A stretch of 64,000 nt of DNA from Schmidtea nova (taxonomy: Eukaryota), in the NCBI GenBank assembly GCA_044892505.1, contig CM097882.1, positions 22,444,001-22,508,000 on the forward strand, given 5' to 3'. The position numbers were made by a program, and so were the translations under genes. The first letter of the stretch is position 1; every line of letters starts with the position of its first letter. Shown here piece after piece: positions 45,916 to 57,496 of this stretch. The notes below the pieces were generated by a model. The model was not told the DNA's origin. It worked only from the letters and a program-made list of their open reading frames with translations, and did not search any database.

Positions 45916-48278
45916 TCATATCATGTGTAAAAATATTTTTTACTCTCTTTGTTTAATGAATTGTGAATGTAATATTTTTTATTTAATAATAATATGTAAT
46001 AACAATGAATTCTAATACATTTAAATTTTCTATTATTTCTATCATTTTACCGGTAAATTACCGGTAAACCGATAAAGTGATGAATTTTTTACCGTTTACC
46101 GGTAAATGAAAATTACGGTAAATTTGCAGTCCCTAAGTATTTTATTCGATTCTCTAACCAATAATATTTAGTTTAACTTACAATTATTAATATTTTAAAT
46201 TTGATTTCTAACTATTTTCTTTATTTCATTCTTATTACATTGTTGTCTTATTTATTTTTTTACTGACTATTTTAATTTATTCCTTTTTTAACTATTTTAG
46301 TAACAAACTATTTGTCTTCCATTTTTATTTCTTTCGTTTTTACATACTTTTAACTTGATTTAAATTATTTATTTAGAGATTTCTCTGCTATTCTAATGTT
46401 TTTGAAAAGAATTTAGTGTTCTCAATCCAACACTAATAACGTAAAATATTAAAACATGTCAACCCAATCTCGAAAAAAATTAAATAGTTTATACTTGCTT
46501 ACCATTATCATTTAAAAAATTAATGACTTATCAAGGGAAATTATATTTAATCTACTTAGGAATTATATATTTAATATTTAACTTGATTAGGAAGAAATAT
46601 TATTTTAAGGATGTTTGAGAATGTACATTTACTACATGTATTAATTGGCAATTGATAACCATATTTCATTATATTAATAAATGTGGCGAATTATGCAGGT
46701 CAAATGTCTGTTCAATAATTTTATAGTAATTCAAAATATGAAATGTAGTATTTTGGGAAATATAATTGTAGGGTAAACTCGGCTAAGTTCGTGATATTAA
46801 GGAATTCTCTTAATATTTTAAAAGAAACCATAGATATCTGACAAATATAATATCTGACAACTATGTATGTCCGGGTATATGATTCGTCTACTAATTTATC
46901 ATTTCAAATTTTGAAATCTGTTTGTGAGTTCAAACTTATAAACGTTTAAACCAACCATGTTCTTTTTGTGTAACTTCATGGGAGCTTCGTGTAATCTTCC
47001 TGGGAGCCATTTGTTGGGTTTAAATTTTTAATAAATGTTTATTATGTTATTACAAACATATTTTTAATAAATTAAATGTTAATATTTTCGTAGCACACTA
47101 GCATTTGAATTCAATACTTAAACAAAAATACATATTAACAAAAAAAGTTATATTAACAAGCAAAATTGTAAAGATTCTACACAAATTATTATCTATTATA
47201 TATAAATGGAACCAGCCAGTCCCTTAGGCTGCGGAATAGTTTAATCTAATAGTTTGATGGATAAACATTTACATAAAACCGTATGTAAACCTCAATGGTG
47301 CATTTTTACTTTGATATCACGAATTTAGCCGTGTCACGGAGAAAGCCGAAATGTATAATTTTGCAAATTTTGTATTGATTTTATTTATCTTAAAAAAAAT
47401 TTTATCGATAAAATACATTTAATTTGACGGATAATGTAAAATAGTTTTTAACCCTTTCGCAGCAGTTTTCGTTATAGGTTTTAAACGATTCTTATGCCTT
47501 CAAATATTCAAAGTAGATATATTTAATATTGTGAGAGGAAAGGAAGTATAGGAATAAATAGAACAAAAGCCAGTATAAATAGTGAAATAAAAATTGTATC
47601 ATTTTAAATTGTGGAGTATGGAAATTCGTGGCAATGCATTACCATTTGTGATGAGAATACAATAATAATAATTTTACTATCTTTATTCGAATTTTTAAAT
47701 CACTGCCATAAACTTCACTGGATATCTCAATTAGTGACAAATTGAAACAAACGTAATCATGAAATTATAAAATTCTCAGCTTTCTAAAATTGAATGCCAA
47801 TATGCCAGATTTTTATGAATCTTGGTAAAACTGTGTAATTACGTTCGACCATTCGATCAAAATAGGAGAAAGAAATAGCGAAATGAAGCATAACCTAAAT
47901 ATATACACATTTCTGCTACGGTGTCAGAAGTTGGATTTTTTATACTGATGCTTTTTATTTTTTTTAAATGGGATTCCGTTCTCGTTTTTTAAATCAAGAA
48001 ATTACAATCAGACTACATGCCAACAATTTTTTATGATGTTTTATCCAATTATGATGAAAAAACAAATTATGATTCGCTCCATATAATCGTTTAATCTGTC
48101 GGTTAGTATATTTTTGATGTACATCTTAATTGAACTTTCAAGCAATTTAATTATTTAAATGTCACTCATACTATTTATTTGGCGTTTGAAGACAAGAAAT
48201 ATTTCCACAATAATTTTAATATTAAACGTGTATTTGTTTGTGGATTACCTTATGTGCGGGATAGAGCTTTTACACGGC

Positions 48279-48281
<3 letters not shown>

Positions 48282-48350
<69 letters not shown>
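48282..48350. repeat. (TA)n microsatellite
   Basis: About 34 units. Confidence 0.99.
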
Positions 48351-48355
<5 letters not shown>

Positions 48356-49137
48356 TTTATTCATTTCAATTTACAGTTTTGAAAAACAAAAATCTTTCTT
48401 GGAGTCTTTCCAAGATTGATATCTTTATTTTTCGTTTACAACTTAATCAGTTTAATTGGGCATGTTTTGTTTGTTACTCTTATTATGTTTCTAGATAGAT
48501 TTTATATACCAATGAAGGGGCTAGTTTTTGCAGTTTTTTAATATCTATATTATAGCATGCTTTTATTTAAAACTGCTTTAATTGCTATGAATTACTCAGA
48601 CATTTATATTTTACTCTATGAAAAACTTTTATCATTGCTCCTTAATTTCTCTATATCGTTTGTTATGGATGCAATTTAGATACGTAGACTGTTTTACAAT
48701 ATATGAGTATGATACCTAAATTCAGAGTGCTTGAATTAATAAAAAAGAGAATCATCCTTACTCTACTTTTGAAATTGGAATTTTTTCGTCCAATTTATTC
48801 TTTCGAACGCTGTTTAGTGGTTGATGTCGCTTTCATTCATTTTTTTTGTAAATCATAGCGGGTTTCTTATTATTATTGGACATATTTTTAGTAAATGTTA
48901 ATGACATAAATATTTTAAACGATAAAATTTAAAATGTCAAAAGTCTTCTGCCGGTAGCTATTTGAATGCCAATGAATATAGTGATTTCAATTTTTTGTAC
49001 TCCAATTTGAGATTTTATGAGAATTTTTCAAACCATAAAATAAAAAGAAATTGTGCATTAAAATTAATTAAATTAAGCTGGAAAACGATTCCGAGTACTT
49101 AACATCACAAATAATTAACAAATTACGAAAAGGCAGC

Positions 49138-49460
49138 AGTAAGCAGTTATGTGCCCTCTGACTCATCGCAGAACAAAGACATGAGTCATAACAAAGAGAA
49201 TGAGTCACCCACCCGGTGACTTATAAATGACGTCATCGATGACTCATTTAAATTTGAATTTCCAAAGGTTAAATAAGGTCAAACCTTCAAACAAGGTATC
49301 ATTCGAAAGGTTTTTGAGACGTCTATACAATGGTCATACCCTACAAGTTATATATCATTTGAAAGGTCTTTGAGAGATGAGTATGATGGTGATACCTTCG
49401 AAGGTGTATGGTAGTCATACCCTTAACGGGTGTAAGGTTTAAAATTTTTACAAAACTATA
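49138..49460 (+). repeat. Left Polinton TIR, followed by a second copy of the terminal about 65 bp at 49460-49523
   Basis: Aligns by eye, with indels, to the reverse complement of 59370-59841. Confidence 0.9.
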
Positions 49461-49760
49461 GTAGACAGAAGTGTGCACCATGACTCATCCAGAACAAAGA
49501 CATATGACTCATCGATGGCGTCATTAACAATCTTACTTTTACATATCGCCTTTATTTGTTAAATCAATTAATGCCTTTTAATTATACGATAAAACATTAA
49601 TTGAAAATCCAGGATTTTGCAGTTCAAATTTAGGAATGTTTTCAACTTTCATGGGCATGAAAATAAATGAAACAATAAATAAAACAATAAATAATAATTA
49701 GTAAAAAAATAAAAAAAATAAATTATAATTTAATTATATCCAAAACAGAATTAAACATTT

Positions 49761-50087
49761 TTAAATTGTCATTTTTAAATTTTTTCCTCCATAAAATCTC
49801 ATTAATATAAGACTGGATGGCAATTTGACATCACAAAAAAAACTACCATGCCTGAAATTTAGTTTTGATTGACAATGCGGACACCTGTAAGCATAACCAT
49901 CCATACGATCTTTCGATTTGATTAAGCTAAAGAATTTGTCAAAACAATGTATTTTAGTATGCCATTTTTCAAGAATTCCCACGGATTGGAGCTTTTTGAT
50001 TGTGAAATATTCATTATTTGTAAAAAACATTAATATCCATGGGGTTACAAAATAATTTTTAATAAAATTGTAAAATTGAAATTTCAA
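49761..50087 (-). pseudogene. Merlin/IS1595-like transposase N-terminal fragment inside the Polinton
   Basis: DGYAYRCPHCQSKLNFRHGSFF..VKL motif, homologous to the 3765-4037 N-terminus; no DDE core follows. Confidence 0.65.
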
Positions 50088-50207
50088 ATTAAAATTAGTT
50101 CATTGTCAAATTCAACTTTTTTTTAAGAAATTAGAAATTTTATTGAATTAAAATTGCAAAATTTTTTTTATTAGTCAACATTTTTTATAGTCCCAAAATT
50201 TTTACCC

Positions 50208-50366
50208 TTACCGAATAAACTAATATTTAATTTATTAATTATTATTAATATAGGAGATTCTTACCGAATAAACTAATATTTAATTTATTAATTATTATTA
50301 ATATAGGAGATTCTTACCGAATAAACTAATATTTAATTTATTAATTATTATTAATATAGGAGATTC
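50208..50366. repeat. Minisatellite, 3 x 53 bp perfect
   Basis: TTACCGAATAAACTAATATTTAATTTATTAATTATTATTAATATAGGAGATTC at 50208, 50261 and 50314. Confidence 0.97.
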
Positions 50367-51282
50367 TTAATTATTATAATTATTAATCAAAACTATATGA
50401 GATCAATTTTTAATATATTTTGATGAGAACAATTTTTTATATTATTTAATGAAGCAATTCACTGATACTATAATAATAATGATAATAATGATGCAAATAG
50501 TTTTATGAAAACTTTATATGAGGTCATTTTAATATTATTTGGAAGAGAACAAATTTTCTTTTTTTTATATTGTTTTATGAAGCAATTTACTAATACTATA
50601 TAATAAAAATAATAATAATAATAATAAATTGCTTTACATTATTTTGATATTTACTAATATGATATCTTAAATATAAAAAATAAAAACCTTAAAACTTTAT
50701 AAAAACTTAAAATTTAATAAATATTTTTAAAAACTAAATAATAATAATAAAAAAATACTTACATTTTTGGCGACCATTAAATCGCTCATCAAACATTATC
50801 AGTGATTTCTGCTCCATTTCCATGATTATTTTCTCAATTTTCTTGATTATTTTCATATTTATTTTCTACATTTTCTTGCCTATTGTCATGATTTTTTCTC
50901 CATTTTGTTGATTATTTTCTGCTATAAAATTAATTCCAAAATATTGGGCCTGCCAAGTAGTCTAAAATGACAAAAATAATATATCAATTTAAACAAAAAT
51001 AAAAATAATAAATACAAAAAAACATCGAAAAACCTAAATTAAAAATCAGAATAAAATAATAAATAATAATAAATAAATTTCCAGGAAAAGGAAAAATGAA
51101 AATTGACACTGGAACAAGCAGCAAGGGAGTCTGAAACAGAAAAATTAGAAATAAAATAAAATAATAGTACAATTAATTGATTAATTACTTCGAAAATCAG
51201 GACCACCCAGTGAGAAACCTGAACCGATAATAAAATATGGTTTACAATAAAATAAAATAACAGAATTATTTTGATGGACGGC

Positions 51283-51326
51283 CTGATCCTGATTGGTCAA
51301 TCTGACCAACTGGATCAGTATAAATA
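51283..51326 (+). promoter_or_regulatory. Hairpin/CCAAT + TATA promoter-like module, cassette copy 1
   Basis: CTGATCC-TGA-TTGGTCA-ATC-TGACCAA-CT-GGATCAG directly followed by TATAAATA; homolog at 60223-60272. Confidence 0.6.
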
Positions 51327-51557
51327 CCGATCCCAAAATCACAAAGCTAACACTAATTTTGTTTACAGACTTTGTCTAGTCTATTAATAAATCTTTTTTT
51401 CTTTTCTTCTCTTCATTTAGGGTTTTTTAAATGTTCACTCTCACCTCTGGCAAGGCCAATGAATCCTTAAATTAAAATAATTTTTTTTTCAACAAGGGAA
51501 CGTACCTCATCGGATCTCTCTATATTTTATAAATCACATTAATTCGAATTAACTCAG

Positions 51558-51981
51558 ATGGAATAAACGACAGTTGAGAAATTCCTAACGGCTCAGCGAC
51601 AGGCGACCCTAGCAGCGGAAATTGAAAATTCTCCATTCGGAACTCCTCAGAACTGCATTAATGCATAAATGGAGAAGAGAGCTTGGCAGGAAGTGTCCAT
51701 TTTCGATTTGGGCCGATGGTCCAGACAGAATCGTATATCGAGGAGGCACTGGATGGAAAATTCTTGACGTAAGAAACTACTTGACGACGGCACCATTCGT
51801 CGTAATTTTGACGGACGCAGCCGGCAATCCAACGACAGTGATCCACTGGGGATACATCTCGCCCCACGAGCTACTCCAACTGGGTTTAATATTGAACTGC
51901 TTACCAAAAACTGGCCAAGAACGTCTAAGACTAAGACAAAGCGTTTCTGCTGACAATGTTATTAATACCTCCATGGAATGA
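51558..51981 (+). pseudogene. Cassette ORF A, orphan, with a possible F-box-like N-terminal motif
   Basis: ATG 51558 with an early stop and one frameshift gives IENSPF/ELL...WRRELGRKCPFSIW...YRGG..W; clearly homologous to 61354-61872. Confidence 0.6.
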
Positions 51982-52084
51982 CATGTGATTTACAAATTAA
52001 ATGGTGTTGATTTTACTCGTTATTCGTTGACAAATTCAGTATTTACGAACCAGTTGGTTCGCCCCAGCTCGTATAAAAGAGCAG

Positions 52085-52519
52085 ATGAGTCGGACGGAAA
52101 GAGCTCAGAAGACCGCGGATGATTATCACACGGAATGGGAAGCAACAAAGATTGAATTGCGCCGATGTCTCCATTCCGTGACGACCTCTTTCATCAATTC
52201 CGATTTACGGTCAAAAATTCGACCCATCACCTACCAGAAATGGGTAGGAGAACAGAAGGTGGCCTGTTCGGTGAGTAACGATACCGAGGGTCTCGATGCA
52301 ACAACGACTCAGAATCCGATGGAACCTATGGTTATACCGATTCCCGTCGAAAAGATAAAAAAGAGAAAACGAATTGGCTCCAAGCACCGACGCCAAAGAA
52401 AACTGTTCTCCCAGCAGTTACAAGCGCAAGTAGAGCACATGGCGGAGATGTCAGAGACAGAATGGCTATCAGAGATATTCCCTCCCGAAGGAATTTTTGC
52501 GGAATTTTGTAACAAATAA
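52085..52519 (+). CDS. Cassette ORF B, 144 aa, predicted coiled coil with a basic patch; the frame extends upstream (SWFAPARIKEQM)
   Basis: ELRRCLHSVTTSFINSDLRSKIRPIT matches KLRNCLNTVTKSFIDTELRALIRPIT in ORF 62126-62326; basic KKRKRIGSKHRRQRK. Confidence 0.65.
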   Translation: MSRTERAQKTADDYHTEWEATKIELRRCLHSVTTSFINSDLRSKIRPITYQKWVGEQKVACSVSNDTEGLDATTTQNPMEPMVIPIPVEKIKKRKRIGSKHRRQRKLFSQQLQAQVEHMAEMSETEWLSEIFPPEGIFAEFCNK

Positions 52520-52740
52520 AATCATAGAATATTATCAGATTTTGTTGTTGTTGTTTTTTGTTTTCTATGTATTTTCTTCGGTTACATAATTCATAGTAAT
52601 TAAATTTAAATCACATGCTCACATAATAAAAGAAGTAGCGTTAGAAAGCCAAATATTATCGAATTCGTAGTTTTTTTTATTTCGTTTTATGATTAATAAT
52701 AAATACACAAAAATCACACGTACGTATAATAAATATAATT

Positions 52741-52970
52741 GCGTAAGTCCTTCTACGGCAGCGTGAACCCGTAAAGATAAATGGGGAGTAGTCCTAGCAA
52801 TAGTGCTCACCTGCCCATCATTGTTTAACCACCTTGCGCATCACCAACTTGGTTATCAAGGGAATTAACCAAGGGCGCTCGAGTGTGAATTTGTGAAAAT
52901 TTATGTATGATCATGGATGGGGAATCCCTAGCCATCGTTAGAATTTTTAATCTAACCCTTCCATGAACCC
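52741..52970 (+). ncRNA. Candidate structured RNA motif, copy 1
   Basis: Conserved blocks GTAAG.CC, GGCAGC..GAACCC, GAGTAG, TCACCT, CACC, CCAAC, G[AG]GTG, TTTATG, CCCTAG, with compensatory stems relative to 54880 and 62784. Confidence 0.65.
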
Positions 52971-54879
52971 AGCAAAAATAATAAAGAAATTATCAAATAT
53001 TTATTTTACAATCTATATCTACATTTAGTTTTTCATTTCGGGTAGCTGCATCATATCCACTTATCGTTGCAATGGTCTTAACAGTAAAAATAATAATAAA
53101 AATAAAAATAATAAATAATAATAAAAATAATATTAAATTTTGATATTCGTGTTGACTGTTTCATCAATGAGAATCGATCTTGAGGATAAATAACATTGTT
53201 TTCTAAAATAATAATAACAATAGAAAAAAACTATTAAATTTACATGCGATTTTTTCAGATAAGTTCTTTAATTGAATTTAAAATATTCTGCATATTGAAA
53301 ATAGGTTTTGTTTAAAAGTGACGAAAAAATGAAAACATAGAATATATATCACGTTTATTTCAAAATTCATTAACCATCCAATCAGAATCTAGACAGGATA
53401 GAGATGTGCATGCACACATACTACATGTTTATGTCACGATAGTTGTTATGCGACAAGATAAAGACATGTGAGTTCATGACCTCATATGCCTTTATCGTGA
53501 CATTGTCAAGACTGCTGACTACTAAAATAAAAATATTTATCCAAAAAATAATAATTTTAATTAATTATAATAATTGTTGGGCGGCTAGAATTGAGGTTTA
53601 AATTTTGTTTTAATACATCAAAATTAAATAACACGGTAACACATAAGAAAATTAAACTAGAAAATAGCATGAAAGATATAGGATAAACGGTAGTCATACG
53701 TACTGCTTGTCATAAGTACTTCGAGTAAGGGAGAAACGATGAAAAGATGCATCTCAAAGGCGAGTACACAATTCGAGTGCAGGTCAAATTTACATACGAA
53801 AGACCGCACGAAAATTAAATGGGGAAAATTATCGATAATAAAAAAACCATGATCAAAGAATAAAACTAATATCGGAATAAAGATAATAACTTATTAAAAA
53901 TTATAGAAAAAATCCCCATTAAAATATTTTCAAAATAACTGAGCTAGGAGGAAAAACAATAAAATAAATTAACTAATCAATAAATATACATAATTTATTA
54001 ATATTAAAAATAATAAATATTTTGAAATAAATAAAATAAATTATAAAACAAATTTTACAAGAATCAATAAATAAAATTGAATTAAATTACCTTTGTTTTA
54101 ACTAAATAATTTAATCATTAAACAAGGTGAACAATTAATGACTCCTACATAAATTTTAGAAAAATGTTACTAAAAATAATAACAGAAGTCAACGAGTGAG
54201 CGTACACGTAGTGTCTGAGTGACTGGTGTTGGGGTCGGTAAAGTGGTAGAAAATTCAAAGCATACAAACACAAATTCTCTCACCTAAAGAATTAGAGAAA
54301 GAGAATTTGTGTAGCAACCCCGTATCGGCAGTAGACACACAGTCATTCAAAATACTATAAATAGACGCTGAAAAATCATAATTTTAACTCGTTTTACGCT
54401 GAATATTTTTGGACACAAGAACATTTTTGAACACCGGAAAATTTTAATTCTGCCAGCCAGCCCCGTTCAGTTATTTTTGGGAACATTGGTATCAAGTATG
54501 TTTTCATTTTATGTAATTTTTTTTAGTTTGTTGTAAATAGTATGCTTTATTTTTGTAAATTGTAATTCATAATAAGTATTTTATTTTTACGATAAATTTG
54601 TTTTGCCTTGTTCAATTGATTTGTCCCGATTAAACTGACTATAGGAGAGGCTCGGTTGACTTATCAGTCCCGATGACTCTGATTGTTCGGAATTTGTTGG
54701 ACGGTTTCTCCGGGCCGTTGTATCATTAAATTATATAGGATGGCGAAAGAAAATTACGATTTAGGAGGGTGGTGGAGATATATTTTTGGGATAGCTAGAT
54801 GGTGGATAAGGTAGTGTTAGGATCGTAGATCGAGAATGGATAAATTTAAAGGACTATTAGAAATATAGAGTAGCTAGAT

Positions 54880-55075
54880 GAGTAAGACCTTCTATCGGCA
54901 GCAAGAACCCGAAAGAGAGGATACAGTGAGGAGTAGTTTCGGCAACGAAGCTCACCTACTCACGGGATTCTCGCCACCGTGTACATTACCAACATAGCTT
55001 ACCGAGTAGTAACTATGGCTACATGGGTGTGGAAGATAATATTTATGTTGCGGTATGGGCTGTGTCAATCCCTAG
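54880..55075 (+). ncRNA. Candidate structured RNA motif, copy 3 (no ORF A/B upstream)
   Basis: Same block order; hairpin AGTTTCG-GCAA-CGAAGCT. Confidence 0.65.
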
Positions 55076-55132
55076 AGTCAAGAATAAATTTTTTAATAAC
55101 ACCCATACTTCTCAACATAATAAAACACAAAA

Positions 55133-55483
55133 TTAAAATAAATAATACAATAATTGTTTTAAATAATCTATTACACCGCACAAGCATCCTTTATATGCAC
55201 ACATACTATGGTCTTTATATGGACATGAAATATTTTCTGGAACTTCTTCAAATTCTTTAAAATTATATTTAAAGAATCTCAATTTCGGGAAATATTTCTT
55301 CAAGACTTGTAGTTTTTTGTTATCAGTGACATAGAAAATAGCACTACTATCTATTTTCTTAATACACGTTGGGTAAAAGTAATCCTGTCCCCCATACAAT
55401 TCTACTCGATCATAAATACCAGCCCAGAAAGGTAAATCCGTATAAATATAATACTTTGGTTTAAAAATATTAATAACATTCAT
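55133..55483 (-). CDS. Polinton-associated hypothetical protein, possibly an RNase H-fold/exonuclease-like remnant
   Basis: 116-aa ORF co-oriented with the protease; C-terminal C..Y.DH..C...C cluster. The fold assignment is recollection of similar Polinton ORFs. Confidence 0.45.
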   Translation of the reverse strand: MNVINIFKPKYYIYTDLPFWAGIYDRVELYGGQDYFYPTCIKKIDSSAIFYVTDNKKLQVLKKYFPKLRFFKYNFKEFEEVPENISCPYKDHSMCAYKGCLCGVIDYLKQLLYYLF

Positions 55484-55585
55484 AATCCATAATTCCTTAA
55501 GAATTGTTCCTCCAATTTCATTAGAACCGTAAATATAAATAAAAAAACGTGATTTTTTACAATAACATTTATTAAACTAAATTGT

Positions 55586-55885
55586 TTAAAACATAAATTT
55601 TAGCCTTGCAAGGCAATGTTGACCACAAGTAGTCAAGAATAGATGTTGATACCGAGTTCTATTATAAAGAATCGGTTTAGTCATAGTCTGCAATGTACTG
55701 ACTAATAAATTGGGATAATAATATCCAAAGGGATCAAATACATGTATTCGATCTGGTTTAACGTAAACAACAATCCAATGTTCACCACTCAAAGTAGATG
55801 CTTGAGTATTTACAATGATGGCTTGATTAATATCCAAATACGGAATAATGTCTAGTGGATAAACTCCAATTAATTGATTTCCCAA
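55586..55885 (-). CDS. Adenain-like cysteine protease (Polinton PRO); start codon uncertain
   Basis: IIVNT....GEHW (catalytic His), FDPFG (Asp), YQ...TTCGQHC (Gln oxyanion hole, Cys). Confidence 0.9.
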   Translation of the reverse strand: MGNQLIGVYPLDIIPYLDINQAIIVNTQASTLSGEHWIVVYVKPDRIHVFDPFGYYYPNLLVSTLQTMTKPILYNRTRYQHLFLTTCGQHCLARLKFMF

Positions 55886-56059
55886 TAGTTTTTACTATGT
55901 CTATATACCTGAATAGAACTAATTTAATTAATTATTTTACAAATTAAAAAACTTACTCCATGAAAATTTAATTAATTTTCCTAATTCATTTATACCAAAG
56001 CTCTGCTCAAACCAGTAATGTTTGAGCTCTGCTCAAACTAATACTGTTCAATTTGCAGT

Positions 56060-56345
56060 AATTTGTACTTCATTTTCAAAAATTCCATATATTATTACAT
56101 AAAACCGGTTCGTCAATGGCTTTACCAAATTTTATATATAATCGTAAATTCCCATTTTGAGGGATTTGACTTTGATTCAAATTGAAATCGGGAGCAAGAA
56201 CAAAAGTAAAGAATGGATAACTTGATTTAAATTCATCAAGACTTATACCACAATTCAAGTTTTTATCCAAATATTCTAAATTTCGGACAAGACTTTGCAT
56301 ATATGTGGCACTAAAATTATCATTTTCAAAATCTTGAGTATAAGT
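56060..56345 (-). pseudogene. Polinton major capsid protein, C-terminal fragment
   Basis: ETYTQDFENDNFSATYMQSL...ISLDEFKSSYPFFTFVLAPD...GNLRLYIKF.KA matches the typical Polinton MCP C-terminal pattern. Confidence 0.75.
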
Positions 56346-56519
56346 TTCTCAATAATCTGTATTTTTCGACAGAGATAAGTAAGTAATTTTTAAGATGGAG
56401 TATAACTGGTCATTAAAACTGGTTTCTTTGTTTTTTTATGGTTTCTTTGTTTTTCTAGCCTTTAGCAAGCGCGAAAACTTTACTCTAGATTTTATTAACA
56501 TGATTGATAATATACATCT

Positions 56520-57121
56520 AGTTAACTTTGTTTATAAACCATGTCTTCTTCCTTGTTGAAAATATCTGTTCTAACTCCTAAATTATCACTACATTGTTGT
56601 CTGAGGGACTTTTGTAGCATCTTGAAAAGCATTAATCAAGAAATTCCGATTAGATGGGTATGCTTGTCTTGCAAGAAAATCAATAACTGTTGCATCTCTA
56701 GAATTTTTAAAACAAAAAGATATTAAGTATTTAAATTCTGGGTTTGATGACTGCCGTCCTGATGAAATAAATTCTGAGTAATAAAAATAACTGTAACACC
56801 CTTGTGTCTAGCGATTTTCGTAAATAAATTATTAAAATCCTTTTCTTTATTTGCTTCTTGATACAATTCATCAATAATAATCACATCACCACTTCGTAAT
56901 CTAGATGACAAATATTTATCAAAATCTTTTATGATTGTCGTTTTTATTTTACAAAATTGATCTTGAGTCATTCCATGTTCATCATCCGCACCCCTATGCC
57001 AATAAATTTTATTAAACTTTGATTTGAATAATTTTGATTGTAATAATTTACAAACAAATAAAGTTTTTCCACTCCCGCTCGGACCAACAATTTGAAACAC
57101 TGCATCATTTCTTAATTCCAT
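56520..57121 (-). pseudogene. A32-like FtsK/HerA genome-packaging ATPase, frameshifted
   Basis: Walker A GPSGSGKT, Walker B VIIIDE, RH.GVTVIFITQNLF; after frameshifts FKNSRDATV...ARQAYP...AFQDAT...VRTDIF down to about 56530. Confidence 0.92.
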
Positions 57122-57231
57122 ATTTCTAATTTTATTAATTTATTATTATTGTTTATATTTGTTTTAAATAATAGTTGTTATTATTATTGTGATATTTAAA
57201 AAACTTTCAATAATGATTTGTTTGATCCAGG

Positions 57232-57480
57232 CTAGTTGATCAAAGCTTGAGAGAAAATATAAACAAAACCCAATGAATAAAATATAATTAGCGGACTACT
57301 TCTGACGAAAAACCCAACCATATATGCCATAATATCAGTATATAAATTTCTAGCAACTGTCATTGAAAATCCATTGAATAAATTGTCAATCATCAAATGC
57401 GAAGAAGCGCATGTCATTAGCAATGTCACATGAGTCGATCCAAACAATGTACATTGTTGTAAATAATGCTTCTTCATCAA
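57232..57480 (-). CDS. Small hydrophobic hypothetical protein in the Polinton
   Basis: 82-aa ORF co-oriented with the morphogenesis genes; no motif. Confidence 0.3.
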   Translation of the reverse strand: MMKKHYLQQCTLFGSTHVTLLMTCASSHLMIDNLFNGFSMTVARNLYTDIMAYMVGFFVRSSPLIIFYSLGFVYIFSQALIN

Positions 57481-57496
57481 GATGAGAACGAACCAA

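Larger units (their letters stand above)
42875..46135 (+). mobile_element. Ac-type hAT transposon with extra sequence in its 5' region
   Basis: TIRs TAGTGACTGCA / TGCAGTCCCTA; perfect 8-bp TSD AGTATTTT (42867-42874, 46136-46143); subterminal TTACCGGTAA palindrome arrays at both ends. Confidence 0.95.

Noticed and set aside
48159-48419. ORFs with (IY)n runs here and at 27120-27314
   Set aside because: Translations of (TA)n microsatellites.
50768-50776. Gypsy-type primer-binding site TGGCGACCA (also TGGCGCT at 60429)
   Set aside because: Match is too short, and there is no paired LTR, gag or pol.
52741-52780. HDV/CPEB3-like ribozyme on the minus strand of the RNA motif (GGGTTCACGCTGCC)
   Set aside because: No consistent P1/P2 pseudoknot or J4/2 catalytic C strand across copies, and the G-U pattern favours the plus strand.
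52920-52932. Helitron 3' end at the conserved CCCTAG of the RNA motif
   Set aside because: The hairpin abuts CTAG without a spacer, only one copy is followed by T, and conservation continues downstream.
54668-54700. Hammerhead-like CCGATGA-hairpin-GGAAT in the third unit
   Set aside because: Both core strands deviate from CUGANGA and GAAA, and there are no flanking stems.
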